Positions 32,554 to 42,525 of a stretch of DNA of 64,000 bases are shown piece by piece. Numbering within the stretch: the first letter of the stretch is position 1; each line of letters starts with the position of its first letter. The position numbers and the translations under genes are program-made. A model generated the notes under the pieces. The model was not told the DNA's origin. It did no database searches and saw nothing but the letters and a program-made list of their open reading frames with translations. The DNA is from an uncultured Clostridia bacterium (GTDB lineage Bacteria; Bacillota; Clostridia; TANB77; CAG-465). The DNA lies in NCBI GenBank assembly GCA_944388545.1, contig CALXJE010000040.1:13938-77937 (forward strand), in the 5' to 3' direction.

Positions 32554-33297
32554 TTAATTTTTAGTCTCACTATTTTCATTATCTTTTATATTATCATAAT
32601 TATTTTCTTTTTCAACCTTTTTAATTACATATCTTGTGTTTGAACTAGAATTATCATTATTATTTGTATCTTCAGTTGTTATTTTCTTTAGTGTAAAGAT
32701 ATATATATCCTCAATATCTTCTTTTTTATACGTTCCATCTGTTACTTTATTTTTATCTATACAATCAACATAAGCAATATATGTATCACCATCTTTTTCT
32801 AACTGCATAAGTTTAGTTATATTAAATACTTTTAAAGCCTCATAATCTTTATACACTGCTAAAGATTTGTATCCTAAATCCTCATATTTAATATTTGAAA
32901 CATCAAAATACTCTTTTAATAATGCATCCATAGATGTTTTTGAAATAACTCCTGATGATGAGTATTTTTCACTAAGTAATACCCTACAAAAATCTATCAT
33001 TTCATTCTCAGATATGCCATCTAAAAAGTCAACGCCTGCCGTTATTCCTAGAGCATACTCTTTAAAGAAATTTATAAAGAATTCTGTATCTTCTTCTGAT
33101 ATTTTTACTTCTAAAGGATATTCTACAACATTTGCATTATTAGATTCATTTGCTGTTTCTTTGCTTTCTGAATAAAGACTTACTGCTTTAGGAGCATATA
33201 TTACTAAAATTAATACTATTACAACTAAAGTTAGAATATCTAGAAAATTAATCTTTATTCTTTTTTTACTTTGTTCTTTCTGTTTGTTATCACTCAT
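32554..33297 (-). CDS. Hypothetical membrane-anchored protein
   Basis: K-rich N-terminus, one TM (ILTLVVIVLILVIYAP), Asn/Asp-rich C-terminus. Confidence 0.45.
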   Translation of the reverse strand: MSDNKQKEQSKKRIKINFLDILTLVVIVLILVIYAPKAVSLYSESKETANESNNANVVEYPLEVKISEEDTEFFINFFKEYALGITAGVDFLDGISENEMIDFCRVLLSEKYSSSGVISKTSMDALLKEYFDVSNIKYEDLGYKSLAVYKDYEALKVFNITKLMQLEKDGDTYIAYVDCIDKNKVTDGTYKKEDIEDIYIFTLKKITTEDTNNNDNSSSNTRYVIKKVEKENNYDNIKDNENSETKN

Positions 33298-33309
33298 ATT
33301 GTCTCCATT

Positions 33310-33813
33310 TTATATTTTATTACCGCAATTTGTACAGAATTTTTCATCATCTAATGCTATTTTACCACACTTAGAACAAACTCTATCTACTGGGGTAACT
33401 TCTTCTGGTTCTTTTTCCTCTTTTATTTTAATTGTTTTTTGTTTATCTCCGCATTTTGGACAATATTTATTATCAAGCTCTATAACTTCTCCGCAATTTA
33501 CGCATTTTCTAAGATTTCTTAAATAAAGCATATGTTTTTCCATTTCGTCTATTTCTTTATGTAATTTATCTAATTTTTTGCATGTTTTGGTAAATATCTC
33601 ACCTACATCTTCACCTTTTTTATACATATCATAAACAGTTTTTCCTATTTCATAATATATTTCTTCAACTTCACCCTCTTTATCATTTGCTTTTACTCTC
33701 ATTTGAGTTTCTTTTATTATTTTCCCAGATTTATCTGCAACTGCTTTATATGTTTTCTCTGCTCCTGCTCCTACTTTTTTTGATATTTCAGTTACTTTAT
33801 CCATAAAATCCAT
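33310..33813 (-). CDS. Double zinc-ribbon domain protein
   Basis: CVNCGEVIELDNKYCPKCG and CSKCGKIALDDEKFCTNCG. Confidence 0.5.
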   Translation of the reverse strand: MDFMDKVTEISKKVGAGAEKTYKAVADKSGKIIKETQMRVKANDKEGEVEEIYYEIGKTVYDMYKKGEDVGEIFTKTCKKLDKLHKEIDEMEKHMLYLRNLRKCVNCGEVIELDNKYCPKCGDKQKTIKIKEEKEPEEVTPVDRVCSKCGKIALDDEKFCTNCGNKI

Positions 33814-34169
33814 AACTATACCTCCTACACTTATACTTTATATTTACGTATTTTATCATATACAATATATAGTGTCAATTAATTATTTTATGAGATATCA
33901 CAAAATAATAATGTTCTCTATATTATATATTTAAACAATTGTATTACATTATTTTAAAGTATAATCATCTATAACGATTACATCAGAATAAGTTATAACA
34001 CTAGCATCACAATATATGATTTTTTCTGCATTATTAGTTCCAACATAAGTTATATCTCTAGACTCATCATATCCTGTTATTAATCCTAGTGTATTATATT
34101 CCGAATTAATCCATTGTTTCCATGCTATTCCTTTTTCTACAACATAACTTACTCAATCAATAGTAAAAG

Positions 34170-34979
34170 TTATTTTTTAGCTATATCTATACCTTTTACC
34201 CTTACATTAATTCCAAATATATTTATTCCTGTAGCATATACTAATTCTTGTGTAACAGTATTTTGAAGAATTTTAGAAACCTTAGGTATACTATATCCAT
34301 ATAGTACATTTATATCAATATACAAATTAATACCATCTATAAACTTCTCAATATTAATTCTAGACAGTTTAGTTATTCCATTAATATTTTTGGTAGAATA
34401 ATTAATAACATCTTTTATAACCTTATCTGATATATAGAAATTACCTAGATAACTAAATGTTGGTCTTATAATACTCTTTTCATGGAATTTTTTATCCTTT
34501 TTTTCAAATATTTTTAAAGGATCCATAAAATACCCTGAAAATTGTTCCTTTATTTCTAGAGTTGGAACTGGTACAACATGTTTACCTTCAACCTTTCTTA
34601 CTCTTTTAGCTTCTTCAATTTCTTCCTTTGTTGCTACATCCTCAATATATATTGTTTTTTTAATTTTAGGAAGATTTAAATTTTCAGCTATTTTTTCTAC
34701 CATTCCATCTGACGTGCCGAGAATTAATATCTTATCTGGTTTACTACTTTTTATGGCTCTTTTCATTAATTCGCATTTAGCAACATCATTAAATATAGCT
34801 GATTTAACAGATCCTATCTTTGTAGGTTCTGTTTTGGCTGATTTACCCGCTATTACTTTATTTTTATAAATTAATATAGCATCATCTATTATATAATTTA
34901 TTCCATTTTCGTTTGCTACCTCTTGAGCATGATGACTTTTACCTGTACCACTAGGGCCTACAAATGCATATACTTCCAT
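34170..34979 (-). CDS. P-loop NTPase fused to Asp23/Gls24-like C-terminal domain, hypothetical
   Basis: Walker A FVGPSGTGKSHHA at the N-terminus. C-terminus YGYSIPKVSKILQNTVTQELVYATGINIFGINVRVKGI resembles the Asp23 family. Confidence 0.5.
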   Translation of the reverse strand: MEVYAFVGPSGTGKSHHAQEVANENGINYIIDDAILIYKNKVIAGKSAKTEPTKIGSVKSAIFNDVAKCELMKRAIKSSKPDKILILGTSDGMVEKIAENLNLPKIKKTIYIEDVATKEEIEEAKRVRKVEGKHVVPVPTLEIKEQFSGYFMDPLKIFEKKDKKFHEKSIIRPTFSYLGNFYISDKVIKDVINYSTKNINGITKLSRINIEKFIDGINLYIDINVLYGYSIPKVSKILQNTVTQELVYATGINIFGINVRVKGIDIAKK

Positions 34980-34995
34980 ATATTTTTAACCACCT

Positions 34996-37101
34996 TTAAT
35001 TTAGGGCATCTTTTGCTGATAAACTAAATTTACCTTGCTCTTTATCGATATCTATTACTTTAACTAATATGTCTTGACCTACTTCTAAAACGTCTTCTAT
35101 TTTTTCAATTCTTTCTGAAGAAATTTTAGATATATGTAACATTCCCTCTTTTCCTGGTAATACTTCAATTAATGCTCCAAAAGGAAATAATTTTGTTACT
35201 TTACCCATATATACTTCGCCTTTTTCAACATCCTTTGTTAATCCTTGTATAGTTTCATATGCTTTGTCTAACATAGCTTTATCTGTTCCATAAATAAATA
35301 CAGTTCCATCTTCCTCTATGTCAATTTTTACTCCTGTATCTTCTATTATTTTATTGATGACTTTTCCTCCACTGCCGATTACATCTCTTATTTTCTCTGG
35401 GTCTATCTTCATATTAACTATCTTAGGAGCATATTTAGATACTTCCTTTCTTGGTGCATCTATACATTTTAACATTACTTCGTCTAAAATATATTGTCTT
35501 GCTACATTAGTTTTAGCAAAAGCTTCCTCTATTATTTCATATGTAAGACCATCAATTTTTATATCTACTTGTATAGCAGTTATTCCATTTTTTGTACCTG
35601 CAACTTTAAAATCCATATCTCCAAAGAAATCTTCTATACCTTGAATGTCTGTAACCATTACATAATCAGATGTATCACCATTTTCAGTGAATAGTCCTGT
35701 TGATATTCCTGCTACTGGAGTTTTAATAGGCACACCTGCATCCATAAGTGCAAGAGTTGAACCACAAACACTTCCTTGAGAAGTAGAACCATTAGAACTT
35801 AAAACTTCTGATACTACTCTTATAGCATAAGGAAATTCTTCAACACTTGGAAGTACTGGAACTAAAGCTCTTTCAGCTAGTGCTCCATGCCCTATTTCTC
35901 TTCTACCAGGTCCTCTAGTTGGTCTTGCTTCTCCTACACTATATGGTGGAAAGTTATAATGATGAATATATCTTTTTGATGTTTCTTCATCAAGTCCATC
36001 TAAGCTTTGTTCATCTGATTTAGGACCTAAAGTTACAACTGATAATACTTGTGTTTGTCCTCTATTAAATAGGGCACTACCATGTACTCTTGGAAGAAGA
36101 CCTACTTCACATGATAAAGGTCTAATCTCTGTCATTCCTCTTCCATCTACTCTTTTATGCTCTTCTTTAACCATTTTACGAACATTTTTCTTTTCAAGTC
36201 TATATATTATTTCTGCAATATCTTTTTTAACACTTTCATATTCTTCTTCAGAATGTTTTGATATATACCATTCTTTTATTTCTTCTATTACTTTATCAAT
36301 GTTTTCATCTCTTATAGTTTTATCTGTAGTTTGCATTCCTTCATATACTTTCTGATTAAATTCGTTATATATTTCATTATATAATTCTTCTGGTACTTCA
36401 AATGATTTATATGGTGCTTTTTCTTTTCCAACTTCTTTTTGAATTTGTTTCATAAAATCTGTAAGCTTTATAATCTCTTTATGTGCTTCTTTTATTGCTT
36501 CAAGCATCACATTATCTGGTACTTCATTTGCTCCTGCTTCAATCATACATACCTTTGTATCTGTACCTGCAACAGTTAAATCTAAATCTGATTTTTCTCT
36601 TTCTTCTAAACTTGGATTTAACACTATTTTACCATCTACTAATCCTACTTTTATAGCACCTACAACTGCTGTAAATGGTATATCAGATATTAATAATGAT
36701 ACAGCTGCTCCTATCATAGCTGGCACTTCAGGAAGCACATCAGGATCTACTGCCATAGCTATCGCATTTATAGCAGTATCATTTCTATAATCCTTTGGAA
36801 ATAAAGGTCTCATAGGTCTATCTATAACTCTAGATACTAGTATTGCTTTATCACTAGGCTTTCCTTCTCTTTTTAAGAAACCTCCTGGTATTTTCCCTGC
36901 AGCATACAATCTTTCTTCATAGTCAACTGAAAGTGGCAGAAAATCTATACCATCTCTTGGATCTTTTGACATCGTACTATTTACAAGTACTGCTGTGTCA
37001 CCATACTTTACCATACAAGAGCCATTCGCAAGCCCTGCCATTTTACCAGTTTCAATCACAAGTTTTTTTCCTGCATATTCTGTTTCAAAAACTTTAAACA
37101 T
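34996..37101 (-). CDS. pnp: Polyribonucleotide nucleotidyltransferase (PNPase)
   Basis: Two RNase PH domains, KH, and S1 (GKVTKLFPFGALIEV). Confidence 0.95.
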   Translation of the reverse strand: MFKVFETEYAGKKLVIETGKMAGLANGSCMVKYGDTAVLVNSTMSKDPRDGIDFLPLSVDYEERLYAAGKIPGGFLKREGKPSDKAILVSRVIDRPMRPLFPKDYRNDTAINAIAMAVDPDVLPEVPAMIGAAVSLLISDIPFTAVVGAIKVGLVDGKIVLNPSLEEREKSDLDLTVAGTDTKVCMIEAGANEVPDNVMLEAIKEAHKEIIKLTDFMKQIQKEVGKEKAPYKSFEVPEELYNEIYNEFNQKVYEGMQTTDKTIRDENIDKVIEEIKEWYISKHSEEEYESVKKDIAEIIYRLEKKNVRKMVKEEHKRVDGRGMTEIRPLSCEVGLLPRVHGSALFNRGQTQVLSVVTLGPKSDEQSLDGLDEETSKRYIHHYNFPPYSVGEARPTRGPGRREIGHGALAERALVPVLPSVEEFPYAIRVVSEVLSSNGSTSQGSVCGSTLALMDAGVPIKTPVAGISTGLFTENGDTSDYVMVTDIQGIEDFFGDMDFKVAGTKNGITAIQVDIKIDGLTYEIIEEAFAKTNVARQYILDEVMLKCIDAPRKEVSKYAPKIVNMKIDPEKIRDVIGSGGKVINKIIEDTGVKIDIEEDGTVFIYGTDKAMLDKAYETIQGLTKDVEKGEVYMGKVTKLFPFGALIEVLPGKEGMLHISKISSERIEKIEDVLEVGQDILVKVIDIDKEQGKFSLSAKDALN

Positions 37102-37312
37102 AAAAATTCCTCCTAAATACTAATTTAATAGTAGTTAAAAGGGTGTAATAATAACATCTAAGTCATAAATATATAAAAATATATAGTATAAACTGCTTAT
37201 GGCTTACAGGTTATTACTACAAATATCCTCTAAACTACTACGCTTAGTATTATACTATATATTTAAAAAGATTACAATGATTACTTTATTTTTATTTATA
37301 TACATTAAGTTA

Positions 37313-38626
37313 TTATATTAAATACAAAGCTATTCTAAAACCAGTACTCGAACTTGCTTCATTGCTAAATGAACCATATCTAGTTGATGCTCCTCCATCT
37401 GCTCCTCCTTTATTTAAATTATAAAAACCTCCTCTTGTTGCTATAATACTTGAACTCATTTCCATAGTTATTTCATATATATTTCCAGCTATATCATATA
37501 TGTTTTTAGCTTTCCAATATTCACTACTTCCTGTTTTTTGCAATGTACCTGCCCCATCTACTTGTTTTTCACTACTAACACTACTATTATAATCTTTATA
37601 ATTCCCCCAGTCACTTGAATCAGTAACATTCACATCTGTAGATAAAAATCTTAAAACGGCATCCCATTGTACTCCGTAACATAATGTTGATACTATAGCT
37701 TTATTACCACTATACATATTTCTTGATAATTCTATTGCGCCCTTCCCTTGATTTGTTGTTTCATCCCAGTAATCTATTACATCTCCTGTTGTTGATATTC
37801 TTGTTGGTCCCCAGCCTACATAGTTATATACATATGCTCCTTTTTTTACTACTACATCTGTTGTACCATTTGATTTATCTGTTCTTTCAACATTAGTACC
37901 TGTTTCATATCTACCTATATAAAAGCCTTTATATTTTTGTACACTAGTTTTCATTGCAGCATACTCAGCATATTCTCCTGTTAAATCATTATCTTCTGAT
38001 AATGTTACAGTAGCTCCATCCCTACAGCCACTACCAAACTCATAATCTGTACACACATTTGTTGCAGGCTCAATATAAGCAGAATTTAAGCCAGATACTG
38101 GTTTATTATCAGACCACTCAGTTCTTACAAAATCAGAAAAATTTTCAACAGGGACCCATACAAATTCATTACCATTTTTATCTTGAATTACTATACCTGT
38201 ATCTTTAGTGCCATCTATGTAAACAAAATCTTCTGGAATTATTATACTATATGTCATATTTTTTTCCTTATATATTGTATTTACAGTCCCCTCATCTGTT
38301 ACAATATATGCTCCGTTTTCGTTTCCAGTTTTTATTCCCGCCTCTTCTAACTTTTTATTTGCATAGTCAGAAAATTTTCCGGTATTATTAGTTTCTTGTT
38401 TTTGCTCTTCCTCAGACATTAAATTCCATTCTAGCTGAACAACTGCAACTAATTCTTTTACACTTGCTATATCACTTTTATTTTTTGCTTCTTCTGCTCT
38501 TCCTATTATTCCGCTATTATTTAATGTTAGTATTATTGCTCCTGCCAATATTATCATGACTATTATTGTAATTACTAATACTATTAGCGATATTCCTCTT
38601 TTTTGTTTCCTTAGTTTTTCTTCCAT
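37313..38626 (-). CDS. Membrane-anchored FGE-sulfatase-domain protein, paralog 2
   Basis: N-terminus KRGISLIVLVITIIVMIILAGAIILTLNNSGIIGRAEEAK is near-identical to paralog 1. C-terminus GNIYEITME...TRGGFYN...GFRIALYLI. Confidence 0.65.
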   Translation of the reverse strand: MEEKLRKQKRGISLIVLVITIIVMIILAGAIILTLNNSGIIGRAEEAKNKSDIASVKELVAVVQLEWNLMSEEEQKQETNNTGKFSDYANKKLEEAGIKTGNENGAYIVTDEGTVNTIYKEKNMTYSIIIPEDFVYIDGTKDTGIVIQDKNGNEFVWVPVENFSDFVRTEWSDNKPVSGLNSAYIEPATNVCTDYEFGSGCRDGATVTLSEDNDLTGEYAEYAAMKTSVQKYKGFYIGRYETGTNVERTDKSNGTTDVVVKKGAYVYNYVGWGPTRISTTGDVIDYWDETTNQGKGAIELSRNMYSGNKAIVSTLCYGVQWDAVLRFLSTDVNVTDSSDWGNYKDYNSSVSSEKQVDGAGTLQKTGSSEYWKAKNIYDIAGNIYEITMEMSSSIIATRGGFYNLNKGGADGGASTRYGSFSNEASSSTGFRIALYLI

Positions 38627-38879
38627 TTTTCATATACTCCTCTCTACTTTATATACTTATTTTTTCATTATATTTTATAAATCCTAATACAAAGAAATTC
38701 GCTATACTTTATTTACTTAATATAACTAAATTCTCTATTTTTTAGCACAAAAACTTCATCTTTATTATTACATATTAAGCTTTATATTGTCAAGCTCTCA
38801 TATTTATTTGTAATGTTCTTATAATAAAACAGCTATGTTTAGTTTATTAGCTGTTTTATTTATGTTACACAATCTTTTT

Positions 38880-39107
38880 CTATTTAACTATTTCTAATCC
38901 TTCTAATATCTTTTCTATATATGTCAAATCTATTTTATTATCAAGTTCAAATCTTTTTTCGCCTATTCTAATTGCATTTTCAGATATAACAGTAAAAGAA
39001 AATAACAATTGCTCTTTTTCATAAAAACTTAAATCAAATAATCCTGATGGGATAGAATCTTTATTTTTATCTTTAGAATTATAACTACCTTTTATATTAT
39101 ATGTCAT
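38880..39107 (-). CDS. Small hypothetical ORF (75 aa)
   Basis: ORF only. No RBS or motif support checked. Confidence 0.25.
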   Translation of the reverse strand: MTYNIKGSYNSKDKNKDSIPSGLFDLSFYEKEQLLFSFTVISENAIRIGEKRFELDNKIDLTYIEKILEGLEIVK

Positions 39108-39359
39108 ATTTATAAGTGTCTCTATGTTTTTTCATCTACAATATCATAAGCTAAAAATGAAGCTTTTTGCCATCTAATCCTATCTACGTTACTTAAATCA
39201 ATATTAATTTTCAATTCTCTATTATATTTTTAGTATATCATATCATTCCATTTTTCTTTTTTTGTAGACACTTTTTGATATTTATTTACATTTTTTCTTT
39301 ATTTTAAAACAAAAAAATAATTCTTAAACATTAAATTGTTATATTTAATATTTAAAGAA

Positions 39360-39920
39360 CTATTTTTTTACTTTCTTTCTATCTACTTCATTATTTGCTT
39401 TTATAGGAGCAAATATGTGAACTACGCTACCTACAAAGTACATTATTTCATTGCAATTATCTATTGCTTTCTTCTTTCCAATTGCTTTACCACCCACTGT
39501 CAACGATGCTACAACGCCTCCTACAACAAGTGTAATTATAAATGTATTAATACCAAGTGTATTACTTAAAGTAACAGATATAAGGGCAGAAAGTGAACCA
39601 CTAACTATACCACATACATCACCTACTACGTCATTACATATACTGGTAACTTTTTCTTTAGAACGTATAAGTTTAATAGTTTCTTTTGCGCCTTTGTGTT
39701 TTTTAGCTGCTTTTGCATGAAATGGAGCTTCTTCACAAGTTGCAACTGCCATTCCTATCATATCAAAAAATATTCCTATACCAATTATAACAATTAATAC
39801 TAGGAACGCTATAACTATATTAATTTTACTTAGTAGTGCGTTAGATACTCCATTAAATATTATTGAAAGCATAAATGTAATCACAAATGTTTTAATAATC
39901 CATTTATTACTATCTTTCAT
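39360..39920 (-). CDS. oapA: OLE-associated protein A-like 4-TM membrane protein
   Basis: 186 aa, about four TM helices, DxxxD motif (NDVVGDVCG, D97/D101). Lies immediately downstream of and co-oriented with the large ncRNA region. Confidence 0.6.
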   Translation of the reverse strand: MKDSNKWIIKTFVITFMLSIIFNGVSNALLSKINIVIAFLVLIVIIGIGIFFDMIGMAVATCEEAPFHAKAAKKHKGAKETIKLIRSKEKVTSICNDVVGDVCGIVSGSLSALISVTLSNTLGINTFIITLVVGGVVASLTVGGKAIGKKKAIDNCNEIMYFVGSVVHIFAPIKANNEVDRKKVKK

Positions 39921-39960
39921 TTTACCTCATCATTTCTATTTATACTATATATGTTATGGC

Positions 39961-40521
39961 AATATACTAAGTAAATTTTGCGGCTTAAGGTCAAGTTGGA
40001 TTTCCCCGATCGTTACTACTAGTTACCTTATAGCGGTTTCCCTTTAAAACAATCGACTAATAGTCACCTGATTAGTTACTCGATTACCACTGAGACCACA
40101 CTTCAATCCTTAATATATCAACATTATATGTTACAGTCTAGAGGTTTTCCCTAACAAAACTTAAACTATCTTTATCCGCTTTTGCAAATATAATTTCAAG
40201 AAACAGATATATAATCCACATGGCCTAAGAGGATTATATATGAACTTTCTATCCCGTATATTCACTCACGACAGGCTACAATATATATAGTACTCTCTAT
40301 ATATATGGTTACGTTTTAAATAGAGAAATAACTTAAAACGTGAGCTGAAAAAAAGGCAGTGCTTTTGTATGCCATTACAAATCCACCTTAATTTCTAAAA
40401 ACTCATACATACACCCCAGTCTGGGCGACCAAAGCATATATACAAGCCGCTAATATGTGCCTTTTAATGGATTTTTAGGCCCATCTTCAAATAGTGTTTT
40501 GACTAGAATACTGCGCCATAC
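39961..40521 (-). ncRNA. Large structured non-coding RNA, candidate OLE (ornate large extremophilic) RNA
   Basis: About 560 nt with no ORF in any frame. Locally higher GC than the flanks. Its own consensus sigma-A promoter on the minus strand. Immediately upstream of the oapA-like gene. Ends are approximate. Confidence 0.55.
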
Positions 40522-40528
40522 AACATAT

Positions 40529-40557
40529 ATTATACCATTTTAAAATAAAATAGTCAA
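40529..40557 (-). promoter_or_regulatory. Sigma-A promoter driving the ncRNA
   Basis: Minus strand TTGACT (40557-40552), 17-nt spacer, TATAAT (40534-40529). Confidence 0.7.
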
Positions 40558-40569
40558 ATTTATAATTTA

Positions 40570-41685
40570 TTATTCTATGTATATCCTATCTACTCTTTTT
40601 CCTATAGTTGATATGATTTCATAATTAATAGTTTTACAAATATTTGCTATTTGATTTAACTTATCATCTTCAAAATCAAACAAATCAACATAGTCTCCAA
40701 CCTTTATATTGTCTATATTGGTAACATCTATCATTGTCATATCCATACATATATTACCAAGTATTTTAGCTTCTTTTCCTTTTACAGTTAAAGCATATTT
40801 ATTAGATAGACTTCTATTTAGTCCATCTGCATAACCTATTTGAATAGTAGCTATTTTAGTCTCTTTATCTGTAATATATGTTTTAGAATATCCAATTGCT
40901 TCTCCCTTATCTATTTTTCTTATATCACAAATAGGAGCAGAAAGTTTAAATATACCCTTTAAATTAAGATTACATCTATCTAGTACAGTTTTATCAAGAT
41001 ATCCATACATTCCTATTCCTAGTCTTACCATATTATTGTAAGATCCTGAATATTCTGCAATACCTATACTATTACATATATGTATAAATTTATATTTTAT
41101 ACCTGCCCTATCTAATTCATAAATACACTCCTTAAATATTTCATTTTGTTTATATGTATATAATCTATCAGAATCTGCACTTGAAAAATGACTAAATATT
41201 CCCTCTATTTCTAAATTATCTAGCTTTTTTATTTCTTTTGCAAATTCTGTTATATTTTTAGGTAAAACACCTATTCTTCCCATACCTGTGTCTATTGCTA
41301 TATGTATATTTGCCTTTTTCCCATACTTTTTGCAAGCCTCATTTAACTTTATTGCAATATCAATATTTGTTATTGCATAAGACGCCTTTGTATTTACAGC
41401 CTCTTCTATATCTTCTGGAAGTAAACCAGAAAATACAACTATGTTACTTTTTATTTTATTTTCTCTTAAAAGCTTTGCTTCTTTTAAATATGCAACTCCA
41501 AGATAATTAATATTAAGTTTTTCTAATACACTTGCCACTTCAACTATTCCGGCTCCATATGCGTCTGCTTTAACCATTGCTAAAATTTCTATATGTTTAC
41601 CTTGGCTACTTTTATCTATATATTCTTTTATATTTATTATATTACTCTTTAAATTTTTAAGATTTATTTCTAACCTAGCTGGCAT
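40570..41685 (-). CDS. alr: Alanine racemase
   Basis: PLP-lysine region ILAMVKADAYGAG. Fold-III N-terminal barrel plus C-terminal beta domain. Confidence 0.85.
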   Translation of the reverse strand: MPARLEINLKNLKSNIINIKEYIDKSSQGKHIEILAMVKADAYGAGIVEVASVLEKLNINYLGVAYLKEAKLLRENKIKSNIVVFSGLLPEDIEEAVNTKASYAITNIDIAIKLNEACKKYGKKANIHIAIDTGMGRIGVLPKNITEFAKEIKKLDNLEIEGIFSHFSSADSDRLYTYKQNEIFKECIYELDRAGIKYKFIHICNSIGIAEYSGSYNNMVRLGIGMYGYLDKTVLDRCNLNLKGIFKLSAPICDIRKIDKGEAIGYSKTYITDKETKIATIQIGYADGLNRSLSNKYALTVKGKEAKILGNICMDMTMIDVTNIDNIKVGDYVDLFDFEDDKLNQIANICKTINYEIISTIGKRVDRIYIE

Positions 41686-42511
41686 CGTTTACACCTCTTA
41701 CATATTGTTCATACATTACTATACTAGTTGCTGTTGCTACATTAAGAGATTCCATTATATTTTCCATTGGTATTTTTATAAATTTATCACACTTATTTAA
41801 TATTTTATCTGTTACACCGTTTGCTTCATTTCCCATCACAAATATTGTTTTATTATCTATTTTTTCATCTTTTATATAGTTTTTAGAATCTAATGCTGTT
41901 CCGACTAATTTATATCCATTTTGTTTTAATAGGTTTATCATACTATCTATTTCAAATTCATTTATATTAAAAATATTTACTTTTGTTATTCCTCCCATTG
42001 TACTTCTTACAACTTTAGGAGAAAAACTATCTACCGTTCCTTCTATGCAAATTAAGTTTTTAATTCCAAAACTTATAGCGCTTCGTATGATAGTTCCAAG
42101 ATTTCCAGGATCCTGCACCTTATCTAAAATTATATATTTTTCATCCCTATTTAAATCTAATCTATTTTTTAAATCATCTACCTTATATTCATTTTTATTT
42201 ATAACTGCTAAAACACCTTGTGGTGTCTCTAGATCTGAAATATATTCAAATATTTCTTTTGTTACTTCTACTATGTTATACTTTACATTTAACTTCTTAA
42301 TTATATCTATAAATCTATTTCCTATAGTAGTACTCTTAAGAATATCTTCAGAATAAATAATAAACTCAGGGGCTATGCCTTCTGAGTTTATTATTTCTTC
42401 AACCATTTTTATTCCCTCAATAACATATTTATTATATTTGTTTCTATATTTTTTATTTTTCAAACTAAAAATATATTTTATAATGTTATTAGTTTTACTG
42501 GTTACTATCAT
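41675..42511 (-). CDS. TrmH/SpoU-family RNA 2'-O-methyltransferase
   Basis: N-terminal L30e-like substrate-binding domain. SPOUT motifs LVMGNEANGV and VATATSIV. Confidence 0.75.
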   Translation of the reverse strand: MIVTSKTNNIIKYIFSLKNKKYRNKYNKYVIEGIKMVEEIINSEGIAPEFIIYSEDILKSTTIGNRFIDIIKKLNVKYNIVEVTKEIFEYISDLETPQGVLAVINKNEYKVDDLKNRLDLNRDEKYIILDKVQDPGNLGTIIRSAISFGIKNLICIEGTVDSFSPKVVRSTMGGITKVNIFNINEFEIDSMINLLKQNGYKLVGTALDSKNYIKDEKIDNKTIFVMGNEANGVTDKILNKCDKFIKIPMENIMESLNVATATSIVMYEQYVRGVNDAS

Positions 42512-42525
42512 TTTTCACCTCTATA

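Noticed and set aside
33961-34150. Start-less minus-strand reading frame (…VEKGIAWKQWINSEYNTLGLITGYDESRDITYVGTNNAEKIIYCDASVITYSDVIVIDDYT)
   Set aside because: No start codon and interrupted by stops upstream. Possibly a gene remnant, but too short and unsupported to call.
39961-40521. Alternative identities for the large ncRNA (RNase P RNA, tmRNA, riboswitch leader, group I/II intron)
   Set aside because: No GGAAAGTCCG-type RNase P block, no tRNA-like end, no T-box/M-box/Mn-riboswitch conserved cores recognised. It is too long for a leader (more than 400 nt between its internal weak hairpin and the next gene). The oapA-like downstream gene makes OLE the best fit.
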